The position numbers and the translations under genes were made by a program. This document shows, piece after piece, positions 44,456 to 54,155 of a DNA stretch of 64,000 nucleotides. The DNA comes from a bacterium (GTDB taxonomy: Bacteria > Patescibacteriota > Minisyncoccia > Phycocordibacterales > Phycocordibacteraceae): positions 672,001-736,000 of the forward strand of contig JBBCGK010000001.1 of NCBI GenBank assembly GCA_037200965.1, given 5' to 3'. The notes under the pieces are model-generated. The model did not search any database. It saw only the letters and a list, made by a program, of their open reading frames with translations, and was not told the DNA's origin. How positions within the stretch are numbered: the stretch's first letter is position 1; each line of letters begins with the position of its first letter.

Positions 44456-45280
44456 CTACCGAGGGAATATATCAACGAGTTCGCCCGAACTATAAAAGTC
44501 CGCGGCAAGACCGCCGAAGCTATACGAAACACCGAGAATATCGATGGCCGCGCCGCCTACCTGCGGATTCGCGTTCGGGGTCGAATGCGCGAAGCCGATG
44601 TTGTAAAGCGTCGAGACGACCGCGGGGTTTCCTTCGATAGGGAAGCCCGCCTTCCTCCACTGCGCTTCCACCTCCTTTATATAGAGTCCCGCATAGAGAT
44701 AGCTCCAATAGTGGTCGTGCTGGTCGGTCATGCGCGCGAAGCGTTCGCTTTCTACGTCGGTCGTCCGGAAGTCGAGCGCGTGCCCGAACTCAGGCCCCGG
44801 ATAGTACGGCGAGGCCGGATCCTTCAGATTATTCTCCACTTGGATCGCCGTGTCTTCTTTCATCCCCATCACGCCCCAGGAAAACTGTGTCTGAGAACCC
44901 AGGATCTTGAGCGGATAGAAGAATTGCTTATAAAACTCCCGTTCCGTGAAGAAAAGCCGCAGCTGTTCGGCGACCAAATTCGCGGCGATGAGCCGCGCGG
45001 GAACGCCCGAGTCGGCAGCCGCCCGGTCGAGCGCCGCGGTATCTTTCCGAAGCGCCGCCTCGAGCACCTGCCATTCTTCGGTCTTCTGCCAGGGCGTGCC
45101 ACGCGGATCGCTAGGCGCGAAGTCGGTCGATGTCGCGGAACCGATGAACGCTTCGCGCTGGAGGTCGACGATGCCGCTCGTGTTGGTGAGTCCGAACCGG
45201 ACCGCGAAGTATCCGACGACGAGGAAGAAGCCGATCGCGGCGAATATATAAATGACGATCGAGACGACTTTCTTAAGCAT
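44456..45280 (-). CDS. hypothetical membrane-anchored protein (274 aa)
   Basis: N-terminal TM (VVSIVIYIFAAIGFFLVVGYFAV) followed by a large soluble domain. Confidence 0.5.
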   Translation of the reverse strand: MLKKVVSIVIYIFAAIGFFLVVGYFAVRFGLTNTSGIVDLQREAFIGSATSTDFAPSDPRGTPWQKTEEWQVLEAALRKDTAALDRAAADSGVPARLIAANLVAEQLRLFFTEREFYKQFFYPLKILGSQTQFSWGVMGMKEDTAIQVENNLKDPASPYYPGPEFGHALDFRTTDVESERFARMTDQHDHYWSYLYAGLYIKEVEAQWRKAGFPIEGNPAVVSTLYNIGFAHSTPNANPQVGGAAIDILGVSYSFGGLAADFYSSGELVDIFPR

Positions 45281-45392
45281 GTACGTGCAGCCTACCGTCC
45301 CCGTTCCGTTGTGTAAATGAAGGGGCGCTTGACAGGAGAGACGGGATGGTATGAGATACGGGCAGATGATTGTTTAAAGGAGGGAATTCGCC

Positions 45393-45785
45393 ATGAACGA
45401 ACACTCGAATCTCTGTGTGTTCTTGGATTGCGTCGAAACGGTCCTCAGGGTTCCGTGTTCGCTTGGACGCCGTTTCACTATCGGCGAAACGGAAACGGGA
45501 TTGAGCGCCAGGCAGGATGTCGAACAGACGACGGGATACCGCGAAGGATGCAGCGTAGCTCTCGTCGGCATCCGGGAGAGGCTGAGCTTTCGCCGGTGGC
45601 CATACCTCACGTGCTTCGTGACGTTCGCCTTGTGGAGCGAAGGCACGTGCTACGCGCTGATCAGCCTCGCTCCGGACGAGGTTTCAAGCAAGGACGGACA
45701 TTCGTATACGCACGCGATCGGCGTATTCCCGCCAGAACGCGGAAACGCCGAACTGTATCTCCTGGTTTCCACGCCCACGTCGTAA
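45393..45785 (+). CDS. hypothetical protein (130 aa)
   Basis: AAGGAGGGAATTCGCC-ATG strong SD; no recognisable domain. Confidence 0.45.
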   Translation: MNEHSNLCVFLDCVETVLRVPCSLGRRFTIGETETGLSARQDVEQTTGYREGCSVALVGIRERLSFRRWPYLTCFVTFALWSEGTCYALISLAPDEVSSKDGHSYTHAIGVFPPERGNAELYLLVSTPTS

Positions 45786-45827
45786 AAGTCCCCGCTCGCG
45801 AACAGGCGCGACGCGGGGCTTGGTATT

Positions 45828-47993
45828 TCATTCCCGATGCACGTCTTCGCCTGCCTGCCTCGCAAGCGCCGCGAGAAGGGGATAGCGCCTGAGTTCGGGA
45901 TCTTTTTGTACCAGGAGCGCCGCTTCCTTTTTCGCGGCTTCGACCAATTTTATATTCTTAAGCGCTTCCATGGCGATGTCGGAGACGCCCCACTGTCTCC
46001 CGCCGATAAGTTCCCCGGCGCCGCGAAGCGCAAGATCGTACTCGGCGAGCTCGAAGCCGTTTTTTGCCGTCACGAGCGCCTTGAGGCGGTCGCGGGTCGC
46101 GGGGCCATAGCGCTCGGGAAGCGCGAAGCAATAGGCCTGATGCGTCGAACGGATCACGCGGCCGCGAAGCTGATGGAGCTGGGCAAGCCCGAAGCGCTCC
46201 GCGCCCTCGATGAGTATCACGGTCGCGTTCGGTACGTTCACGCCCACTTCGACCACGCTCGTCGCGACGAGGATGCCGGTCTCACCCCGCTCGAAGCTCC
46301 CCATCACCGTCTCTTTTTCCTTCGGCGTCATCTTGCTGTGGAGGACGCCGATACTCGCCTCGGGAAACACTTCCTTCTTGAGCCGCTCGGCTTCCGCCTT
46401 GACCGACTTGGCCTGGAGCGCCATTTCTTTTGCCGGATCGGGCTCGTGTATGCGCGGGCATATTACGTACGCTTGGCGGCCTGCCGCGAGTTCCTTTCGT
46501 ACGCGCTCGTATGCCTGCTCGCGCTTCTCGGGCCCGAGCACTTCGGTCGCGACGGGCTTTCTTCCAAGCGGCATCTGGTCAAGAAGCGAAAGGTCGAGGT
46601 CGCCGTATATGGTGAGGGCCAAAGTGCGAGGGATCGGGGTCGCGGTCATCGAAAGGAGATGTGGGGAGAGCCCGTCCTTGCGGGCCAGTCTTTGCCGGTG
46701 CACTTTCCCGAAGCGGTGCTGCTCGTCGATGATCGCGTACGCGAGCGTACTGAACTCAAGGGACTTCTGTATGATCGCGTGCGTGCCGATTACGATCGGT
46801 ATCTCGCCGTTCGCGACCCATTTGCGGAACTGCGCGCGCGAAATCGGCGTCGATTCTTCCTTGCGGATCTTCGAGGGAAACTTGCGGCACTCGCTTCCCG
46901 TCAGAAGCCCGATCGCGATCGGATGGTCTTTAAAGTATGAGATGAACGTGGAGAAATGCTGCTTCGCGAGGATTTCCGTGGGGCACATGTACGCGATCTG
47001 GAGCGTGCCCGCTTTTCTTCCCGGCGGGCGCGACGTCGCGACAAGATACGCGGTCGCCGCGGCGACCGCAGTCTTGCCGCTTCCGACGTCCCCTTCAAGA
47101 AGACGCATCATCGGATGCGGCTTCTCAAAGTCCGAAACGATGGTCTCGATGGCGGCAAGCTGCGCTTTGGTCGGGGGGAAGGGGAAGGAAGATACGAAGC
47201 CCGCGAGTTTTCCGCGGTCGACCGTGACCGGAAGCGCTTTCTCCCTTGAAGCCTCCGCCCTTCGCTTATACATCGCGAGCTGAAGCGCGAAGACTTCCTC
47301 GAAGGCGAAGCGCTTCCGCGCCGCTTCCGCGTTCGCGCGCGTCTTTGGCGCGTGCATCCATACGAGCGCCGTCCCGAGCGTCGGCAGGTTGTATCGCCTG
47401 AGCATCTCCCGCGGCAAGGGGTCTTCGATCGTCTCGTGTATGCCGGTTTCGAATACGCGCTTGAGGGAATGGAAGAACCAGAGCGAAGACACTCCCTTGC
47501 TCTCGGGATAGACGGGATAGAGCTGTTCGCCTTCGGGAAGTGCGCCGTTTGAGAACAGCGTGTCGTGTATTTCATCCGGACTTACGGGCGACCGGTCGAT
47601 GTCCGGATTCGCCACGTACGGCTTCTCATTGGTGCCCGCCGTGCGGCCCGTGACTTTCACGACCATGCCGTCGTGAAGCGTTTTCGCGATATAGGGCTGG
47701 GAAAACCACATGAGCTTGATGCGCCCCGACGCGTCCTCAAGCCACGCCTCCGCGATCGGCCTGCGGCTTTTCCATGTTTTCCGCACGTCGGGCTTCCGGA
47801 TCGTGCCATAGAGCGTAACGTCGGTCCCCGGAGCGACCGCGGTTACGGTGCCGGTCGGGCCCGCGGCTTCATAGCGCTGGGGGAAATGATAGAGCAGGTC
47901 GCGCACCGTGCGGATGCCGAGCTTCCCGAGCGCCTTCTTCTGGTCGGGCTTGAGGCGCGTGAAGTGCTTTTCTAGGGGGTCCTCCGGTGTCAT
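45828..47993 (-). CDS. recG: ATP-dependent DNA helicase RecG
   Basis: 721 aa; wedge domain, then helicase motifs (GDVGSGKT, DEQHRFG, the TATPIPRT arginine-finger region). Confidence 0.9.
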   Translation of the reverse strand: MTPEDPLEKHFTRLKPDQKKALGKLGIRTVRDLLYHFPQRYEAAGPTGTVTAVAPGTDVTLYGTIRKPDVRKTWKSRRPIAEAWLEDASGRIKLMWFSQPYIAKTLHDGMVVKVTGRTAGTNEKPYVANPDIDRSPVSPDEIHDTLFSNGALPEGEQLYPVYPESKGVSSLWFFHSLKRVFETGIHETIEDPLPREMLRRYNLPTLGTALVWMHAPKTRANAEAARKRFAFEEVFALQLAMYKRRAEASREKALPVTVDRGKLAGFVSSFPFPPTKAQLAAIETIVSDFEKPHPMMRLLEGDVGSGKTAVAAATAYLVATSRPPGRKAGTLQIAYMCPTEILAKQHFSTFISYFKDHPIAIGLLTGSECRKFPSKIRKEESTPISRAQFRKWVANGEIPIVIGTHAIIQKSLEFSTLAYAIIDEQHRFGKVHRQRLARKDGLSPHLLSMTATPIPRTLALTIYGDLDLSLLDQMPLGRKPVATEVLGPEKREQAYERVRKELAAGRQAYVICPRIHEPDPAKEMALQAKSVKAEAERLKKEVFPEASIGVLHSKMTPKEKETVMGSFERGETGILVATSVVEVGVNVPNATVILIEGAERFGLAQLHQLRGRVIRSTHQAYCFALPERYGPATRDRLKALVTAKNGFELAEYDLALRGAGELIGGRQWGVSDIAMEALKNIKLVEAAKKEAALLVQKDPELRRYPLLAALARQAGEDVHRE

Positions 47994-48045
47994 GCGTTTC
48001 CCAAGTATAGGTTATACTGCGCGCATTACACACTCATCCATTCCC

Positions 48046-48876
48046 ATGCCTTATTTTCTACGCCCCGTCCTTCTCGCGCTTGCGCTGGGGTTCATGCTGG
48101 CCCCATCGCTTACGCTTGCGGCGGCAAAACCCGCGGTATCGCTCACCGCGCCCCTCAAAGGCGCAAGCTATAGCCGTACCGAGAAGATGCCTGTTAGCTG
48201 GAGCGTTTCGAACGTTTCGCACGATGTCGTCGTCGTGGGTGAGGTGAAGCTCGTAAAGCAGGACAGGTCGGCGCCGTCGGCCGGGCTTGTCGGCGGCGGC
48301 ACGTTCATGCATGTCGTCCATCCTTCGGATACCGGAGGAACGCACGTCTGGGATTGGGGAGCGAACGACAGCATTCCCGGGAAGTATTCGGTGACGCTCC
48401 GCCTCTACGAATGCGCGGCGAAAGGATGCGACTATTTCCCGACGGGGAAAGCGGTATCGAAAAAGACGAAGACCGTTTCCTTCACGGTACTGAATACAGG
48501 CACGGGCGCGCCAGCCGCGTCCGCGACGCATGTCACGATCCTCTCGCCAAACGGCAACGAGCGGTATCAGGCAGGCTCGGGCAAAAAACTCACCATCCGC
48601 TGGACCGCGGACGGTGTTTTGAAAGGGAGCACTGTTTGTACCGAGCTCATCCAGCAGAGCACCCAGCGGTATTTCTCGTTTCCCGGCGATGATTCCTGCA
48701 AGCGCGTAAAGGACGGGAAAGGCTCGGTCGGCGGTCCGCTCATCCGCACTTCCGGCTACGATCTTTCCCCGGGAAAGTACTGGGCAAGCGTCAGGATCCT
48801 CGCCCCGAAGACGAGCGACGGCAAGGATTCGGCGACGCTCGCTTCGGATACGAGCGACGATACGTTTTCGCTCTAG
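48046..48876 (+). CDS. secreted hypothetical protein
   Basis: Signal peptide MPYFLRPVLLALALGFMLAPSLTLAAA; the upstream ORF extension is rejected. Confidence 0.5.
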   Translation: MPYFLRPVLLALALGFMLAPSLTLAAAKPAVSLTAPLKGASYSRTEKMPVSWSVSNVSHDVVVVGEVKLVKQDRSAPSAGLVGGGTFMHVVHPSDTGGTHVWDWGANDSIPGKYSVTLRLYECAAKGCDYFPTGKAVSKKTKTVSFTVLNTGTGAPAASATHVTILSPNGNERYQAGSGKKLTIRWTADGVLKGSTVCTELIQQSTQRYFSFPGDDSCKRVKDGKGSVGGPLIRTSGYDLSPGKYWASVRILAPKTSDGKDSATLASDTSDDTFSL

Positions 48877-48961
48877 CGGGCCGTTCCCCACACCCTCTCT
48901 TGATTTAGGCCCCAAGCGTCGTATTATCAAGGCGTATTACCCGCTTATCCCATTCCATTCC

Positions 48962-49795
48962 ATGCCATCCCTCAAGAAACTCGCGCTCGGAGGCCTCGTG
49001 GCCGCGGTGCTCATCGTGCCTGTCAGCGTTTCCGCGCAATCCGCAAGCGATCTGCAGGCGCAGATAGCGTCGCTCCTTTCGCAGGTGCAGACGCTTCAGG
49101 CGCAGCTCTCCGCCATGCGTGGCGCGGCATCGAGCACGCCCGCATTCCCCGGCAGGCCGTTTCCTCCGTACTGCATTATGCTCAAGAACAGTCTTCGGCT
49201 CGGTGATACCGACGGGACGGCGGGAGGCGAAGTCTCGAAACTTCAACAGGCGCTCGCGGCTTCGGGCTTCTTTTCCGGAACGGTGACAGGGAGGTTTGAT
49301 ACTCTGACTGAGGGCGCGGTGCAGAGATTCCAAGCACAAAACGGCGTCGTCTCTTCAGGATCCGCCATGACGACCGGATACGGCGCGGTCGGTCCCGCGA
49401 CCCGCGCACGGCTCGCCGATTGGTGCAACCGTGTCGAACCGAAGCCGGAGCCGACGGCGACGAGCACTCCTCGCGCGACCAGTACGCCGCGCGTCCCCGC
49501 CATGCCCCAGCGTCCCGCATCGACAACCGAACCGAGTCGTCCGAGACCGGGTTCGAATCCCGTCGTATGCACCCAGGAGGTGAAGCTCTGCCCTGACGGA
49601 AGATATGTCTCGCGCACCGGCCCGAACTGCGAGTTTCGGGAATGCGAGGGATCGGCCGCCTCTTCGACAAGACCGAAGCTTAATCCCCGAAACGATACGT
49701 CCTCGGCAAATACCCTCAGCGCCGCCGCCATCGCTGCGGTACAAGCCGAAGTCGATGCGCTTGCCGCACAGGTCAAAGCATTCCTTGGCCGATAA
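48962..49795 (+). CDS. secreted protein with a peptidoglycan-binding (PG_binding_1-like) domain and a Pro/Thr-rich linker
   Basis: Signal peptide, then GDTDGTAGGEVSKLQQALAASGFFSGTVTGRFDTLTEGAVQRFQAQNGV. Confidence 0.5.
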   Translation: MPSLKKLALGGLVAAVLIVPVSVSAQSASDLQAQIASLLSQVQTLQAQLSAMRGAASSTPAFPGRPFPPYCIMLKNSLRLGDTDGTAGGEVSKLQQALAASGFFSGTVTGRFDTLTEGAVQRFQAQNGVVSSGSAMTTGYGAVGPATRARLADWCNRVEPKPEPTATSTPRATSTPRVPAMPQRPASTTEPSRPRPGSNPVVCTQEVKLCPDGRYVSRTGPNCEFRECEGSAASSTRPKLNPRNDTSSANTLSAAAIAAVQAEVDALAAQVKAFLGR

Positions 49796-49843
49796 CAGAG
49801 AGAGAGCGCGAACGCGCGGCCCGGGAGGGCGGCGCGGTTTGCC

Positions 49844-51001
49844 GTGCGGTATACTGGCCGTCTGATGAAATCGAAAAGCGAAAAGATATTGAAGGCGTAC
49901 GCGAAGCAGGGTGCCCGGATAGAAACGAGGGGGAAAGTGCGCATGAGCGCGAAACAGGATTTCTCACTCTGGTATACGCCGGGAGTCGGCGCGGCTTCAA
50001 TGCATCTTGCCCGAAAGCCTTCCGACGCCCGGAAAATGAGCGTGAAGAAGAACTCGGTCGCGGTCATCTCGGACGGCTCGGCCGTGCTCGGGCTCGGCAA
50101 CATCGGCCCCTATGGCGCGCTTCCGGTGATGGAAGGGAAGGCGCTCATATTCAGGGAGCTCGGCGGCGTCGACGCCTGGCCGATCGTCCTTGATACGCAG
50201 GATCCGGACGAGATCGTGCGCACCGTGCTTAGGGTCGCGCCGGGCTTCGGCGGCATCAATCTCGAGGATATCGCGGCGCCCCAGTGCTTCGATATCGAGA
50301 AGCGGCTGGTCGAAGCGCTCGATATCCCGGTCATGCACGACGACCAGCACGGGACCGCGATCGTCGTGCTTGCGGGCCTCATAAACGCGGCGAAGGTCGT
50401 AAAGAAGGATTTTAAGAAGTTACAGGTTGTTATAAGCGGGGCAGGGGCAGCCGGGACCGGGGTAGCGAGACTGCTTCTTCTGGCGGGGATTCGCGATGTC
50501 ATCGTACTCGACCGCGCGGGAACGATCTACGCCGGACGCGGGGGCCTTACGCCGCACAAGGCGGAGCTCGCCGCGCTTACGAATCCGCGAAAGATCTCGG
50601 GCGATCTTGCCGCCGCGCTTTCCGGCGCGGATGCCTTCATCGGCGTATCGGGGAAGGGGGCGCTTCGTGCGGAGCATGTCCGGAGCATGGCGCCCAAAGC
50701 GATCGTCTTCGCGCTTGCGAATCCCGACCCCGAGATCATGCCGGAGGAGGCCAGGGCGGCCGGAGCCGCGGTCGTCGCGACGGGCCGCTCCGATTTCGAG
50801 AACCAGATAAACAACGCGCTTGTTTTCCCCGGGATTTTCCGGGGCGCGCTTGATAAAGGCGTGCGCAGGATCACCGACGCGACGAAGCTTCGTGCCGCGA
50901 AAGCGCTTGCGGCGCTCGTGCCGCGCCCGACCGCTTCCCGCATCATTCCCGATATTCTTGATAAGCGGGTGATGAAGGCAGTCGCCGGGGCGGTTCGTTA
51001 G
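49844..51001 (+). CDS. maeB: NAD(P)-dependent malic enzyme (short bacterial form)
   Basis: Blocks SLWYTPGV, VISDGSAVLGLGNIG and VISGAGAAG, plus the malic-enzyme C-terminus. Confidence 0.85.
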   Translation: MRYTGRLMKSKSEKILKAYAKQGARIETRGKVRMSAKQDFSLWYTPGVGAASMHLARKPSDARKMSVKKNSVAVISDGSAVLGLGNIGPYGALPVMEGKALIFRELGGVDAWPIVLDTQDPDEIVRTVLRVAPGFGGINLEDIAAPQCFDIEKRLVEALDIPVMHDDQHGTAIVVLAGLINAAKVVKKDFKKLQVVISGAGAAGTGVARLLLLAGIRDVIVLDRAGTIYAGRGGLTPHKAELAALTNPRKISGDLAAALSGADAFIGVSGKGALRAEHVRSMAPKAIVFALANPDPEIMPEEARAAGAAVVATGRSDFENQINNALVFPGIFRGALDKGVRRITDATKLRAAKALAALVPRPTASRIIPDILDKRVMKAVAGAVR

Positions 51002-51738
51002 CCGGTTTTTTCTATAAGGGCGGTAAACGCGCAGTGGTCGCTCAGGCCGCATATCCTTTCCACGTCAGAAACACGGTATGCGTCGGTACTGAAGATACAG
51101 TCAACCATCAGCTCGAGGGGCCCTGCGCGGTGCAGGGTGCCGTCTATGCTCGTTGTGTATTGTTGCGGGATGTTGTCGGTGAAATGGGCGGCGATTCCCG
51201 CGAATATTTCCCCGCCGCGCGGCGCATTCAGATCGCCGCAGAGCACCATGTCCCCGGCGCGCTGAAGGGAGCTCAGAAGCACCGGAAGGTCCCGGCGCTG
51301 GAATTCGTCCGGTCGCCCGTCCGGGCTCCAGGTAAAGTGGGTCGTGCCGATGCGAAACGAAATGTCGTTCTTCTCGATGTCGCAGTAGGAAAGCGCGTAG
51401 CTTTGGGTCTCGTATTTCCTTTGCGCATTTGCGATATCGAACACGCTTTTCGGTACCTCTTTGCATCCTCCGTAGTGCACGACCGTCCGGTTTCGCACGG
51501 GATATTTCGAGAAAATGCCGTTGCCTTCGATATCCGGCCTGCCATCCGTTACTCGGCGCGTTGTCGGAACGAAAAAACACGGTCCCTCGCAGATCTCTTC
51601 CAAGAACGGAACGTTCGATTCGAGAAGTTCCTGAATACAGAGCACGTCGAACGGGTGGCTTGCGAGAAACGGTTTAACGAGATCGAGATGCTTGTCGAGC
51701 TCGATGTTAAGTTGCAGCAGCGCCAACGCTTGTCTCAT
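50998..51738 (-). CDS. endonuclease/exonuclease/phosphatase (EEP) family protein
   Basis: DVLCIQE ... GDLNA ... SDHCAF are the EEP catalytic blocks. Confidence 0.7.
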   Translation of the reverse strand: MRQALALLQLNIELDKHLDLVKPFLASHPFDVLCIQELLESNVPFLEEICEGPCFFVPTTRRVTDGRPDIEGNGIFSKYPVRNRTVVHYGGCKEVPKSVFDIANAQRKYETQSYALSYCDIEKNDISFRIGTTHFTWSPDGRPDEFQRRDLPVLLSSLQRAGDMVLCGDLNAPRGGEIFAGIAAHFTDNIPQQYTTSIDGTLHRAGPLELMVDCIFSTDAYRVSDVERICGLSDHCAFTALIEKTG

Positions 51739-51785
51739 GGCTTGTTGCTACGATAGTACTTCGCCAGGCTGCGGACACGCAACCG

Positions 51786-52157
51786 TCAGTTTCCATCGAC
51801 CCTATTCTCTGTGCTCGGCCACAGCGCGATCGCGAGCGCCGCGGCGGCAATGGAGAGATCGCGGAAGAGCACTTCGAACTGGTTGAGGTTGAATGCAACG
51901 ATCGCAAGCAGCATGAGCGCCGCGAGAATCGCGGGGTACCGCACTTTCCAGCCGGAGATAAGCCAGAGGGCGATAACGACTTCGGCCGCGCCGAAGGCGT
52001 GAAGCAGCAGGGTCGTGTCGACCGGAAGGGCCTGGACGAACTGCGGAAAATAGCCGATCCATGAGAACGGATCGCCTATGGCCGCGAACGGCGGATACAG
52101 GAAGGAGAACGCGACGCCGAGGCGCAGTATGAGGTGTGCTGCCCGCTCGCGATCCAT
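51786..52157 (-). CDS. DoxX family membrane protein
   Basis: 123 aa, 4 TM; DoxX-like LLRLGVAFSFLYP start. Confidence 0.65.
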   Translation of the reverse strand: MDRERAAHLILRLGVAFSFLYPPFAAIGDPFSWIGYFPQFVQALPVDTTLLLHAFGAAEVVIALWLISGWKVRYPAILAALMLLAIVAFNLNQFEVLFRDLSIAAAALAIALWPSTENRVDGN

Positions 52158-52163
52158 GCCGTT

Positions 52164-52733
52164 CTATTGCGCCTGCACTTGTACCTGGACTGTGGTCGCG
52201 GATACCGCCGGGACGACGGTGACCGAGCCGGTATCGTTCGCGCCCGTGTGGTTGTGGTATCCCCAGGTGCCGGTCTTGCCGAAGGTGAAGCTCCAGCTTC
52301 CTCCCTTGCCGATCGCGGTGCATTCGTCGAATACCGAGCTTGAGGACGGCGCGTTGTTCACACAATGGCTCGTGCGGCTCGTATTGTCATAGTCGGTATG
52401 CGACGGGTGCTCGTCGGAGCCGATCCACATCGTGTGGGAGCTGTTGTTGACCCAGGTGACTTTCGTCCCGGCGCCCACCGTCACGGTCTTCGGGGAGAAG
52501 CCGCTGTCGGTATAGGTGACGGTGACCGGCGTGGTCGGGGCGGTGACGTTCGTCGTGGTCGTCGAGGTGGTGGTCGTGACGGTCGTCGGCTGTCCTTGTT
52601 CCCCGCTCGTGTCCTGTACCGTTTCCTGAGCTGGCGCGGGAGCCTGTGTGCTCTTCGGAGCGAAGAGGTACCATGCGCCGCCGATGATAATAATCGCCGC
52701 GATAACGAGTCCTAGGGTCTGGTTGGTGGTCAT
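52164..52733 (-). CDS. membrane-anchored protein with a Thr-rich linker and a cupredoxin-like C-terminal domain (tentative)
   Basis: N-terminal TM, poly-T linker, then beta-rich FSPKTVTVGAGTKVTWVNNSSHTMW...GYHNHTG. Confidence 0.4.
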   Translation of the reverse strand: MTTNQTLGLVIAAIIIIGGAWYLFAPKSTQAPAPAQETVQDTSGEQGQPTTVTTTTSTTTTNVTAPTTPVTVTYTDSGFSPKTVTVGAGTKVTWVNNSSHTMWIGSDEHPSHTDYDNTSRTSHCVNNAPSSSSVFDECTAIGKGGSWSFTFGKTGTWGYHNHTGANDTGSVTVVPAVSATTVQVQVQAQ

Positions 52734-52767
52734 GAGATAGCTGGATAACTGCTTATAAATCCTCCCC

Positions 52768-53205
52768 TCAGTCTACTACACCCTGTCCCCGAAGCACCCG
52801 CACGATCGACATACGCATGCCGAGAAACCGGCCGAAGAGCGCGCCCGCAAGAAGGGCGAGGGTGAACGCTCCGAGCGCGGGCCCGTGAATGAAATGGCCG
52901 AAGATCCAGTTGCGAGAGAGCTCGGCCGCGATATAGAGCGCGATGCCGATGCCGCCCACGACATCGAGTTCCGATACGACGCGCTCCCTGGTCTCGTGCC
53001 AGCGGATCGTGAGAAGGCGGCCGAGGAGAACGCCGATGCCGGTTCCAAGCAGAAGGCCGAGCCCCGCAAGGGGAAGGCCGATATCGCCCTGCCATACGTC
53101 CTTGCCGATGAACGCGAGGATGATAAGGGAGATGAGAAGGAACAATCCGAGACGGATCCTGAGCCCCCGATCCACGAGCGCTCCGCTTAGCTTATGTTCC
53201 GCCAT
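52768..53205 (-). CDS. integral membrane protein, hypothetical
   Basis: 145 aa, 4 TM. Confidence 0.45.
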   Translation of the reverse strand: MAEHKLSGALVDRGLRIRLGLFLLISLIILAFIGKDVWQGDIGLPLAGLGLLLGTGIGVLLGRLLTIRWHETRERVVSELDVVGGIGIALYIAAELSRNWIFGHFIHGPALGAFTLALLAGALFGRFLGMRMSIVRVLRGQGVVD

Positions 53206-53217
53206 CGCACCAGCATA

Positions 53218-53925
53218 CTACGCTGTCTTCCTGAAGGTTTGGTGAGGCCCTCCGTCCTCCACGCGGTATTCGTTCACCGCCTCGTGCGCAAGCCGCGTCG
53301 GTTCCGGGAGGCGGTGCTTTCGGACGCAGTTCCGTACGAGGTCGAGCGATTCCTCGAGCGTGATGAGGTGGCCGGGGGAGATGAACATCGGCTTCACCGC
53401 CCGCTTGGTGCGAAGCGCCGCGCCGATGATCTCGGCCGGGTCAGTCCGGTCGTGAAGGTATGAGACCGAGCCTGCTTCGGTGCCGGGCTCCTCATATACG
53501 CCCGTGAGGACGCTTTTGGCGCAGCCGACCGTGGGGAGGTTGAGCGCAAGGCCGAGGTGTGTCGCGATGCCGAGCCTTCTTGGGTGCGCGATGCCGACGC
53601 CGTCAACGAGTATCACGTCGGGCTTCGTATCCAGTTTCTCCCATGCCTTAAGGAGCATCGGAATCTCACGGAAGGAAAGAAGGCCCGGAATATAGGGGAA
53701 GGGAATCGTGTCCTTCACTACGCTGTGCGCGACCAGCCTTAGGCTCGGGTATTCGAGCACCACAAACCCGGCAAAGCCTTCCTTGGCGAAGCGGTTCATC
53801 GATACGTCGCAGCCGCCGATGAGCTTCACTTCTTTCGTTAAGGGTATAAGCCGCACTTCCTCGCGGAGCTTCTTCTGGAGCGTTATCGCGTCCTTGGGAG
53901 AGAGATTCCAGTCGTGGGCGATCAT
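53218..53925 (-). CDS. nfi: endonuclease V
   Basis: Blocks FAGFVVLEY...GGCDVS...LVDGVGIAHPRRLGIATHLGL typical of Nfi. Confidence 0.8.
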   Translation of the reverse strand: MIAHDWNLSPKDAITLQKKLREEVRLIPLTKEVKLIGGCDVSMNRFAKEGFAGFVVLEYPSLRLVAHSVVKDTIPFPYIPGLLSFREIPMLLKAWEKLDTKPDVILVDGVGIAHPRRLGIATHLGLALNLPTVGCAKSVLTGVYEEPGTEAGSVSYLHDRTDPAEIIGAALRTKRAVKPMFISPGHLITLEESLDLVRNCVRKHRLPEPTRLAHEAVNEYRVEDGGPHQTFRKTA

Positions 53926-54011
53926 GAGGACACTATAGGCCGGGCAGATGGTATTTCAATGAGGGCGCTGTCTTCTGCCTTATAGGGGAATATGCTAAGG
54001 TTCTCCTCAAA

Positions 54012-54101
54012 GGAGACGTGGCTGAGTGGTCGAAAGTACCTCACTGCTAACGAGGCAGGGATTAACGTCCCTCGAGGGTTCGAATCCCTCCGTCTCCGCC
54101 A
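54012..54101 (+). tRNA. tRNA-Ser(GCU), class II with a long variable arm and an encoded CCA
   Basis: GGAGACG acceptor, GCTGAGTGGTCGAAAGT D-arm, anticodon loop CTGCTAA, long variable arm, GGGTTCGAATCCC T-arm, CGTCTCC-G-CCA. Confidence 0.85.
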
Positions 54102-54155
54102 GATGTCCAAATTCGAACCCAAGCAGAATAAGGGTATTTGGACTAAGATAATGAC

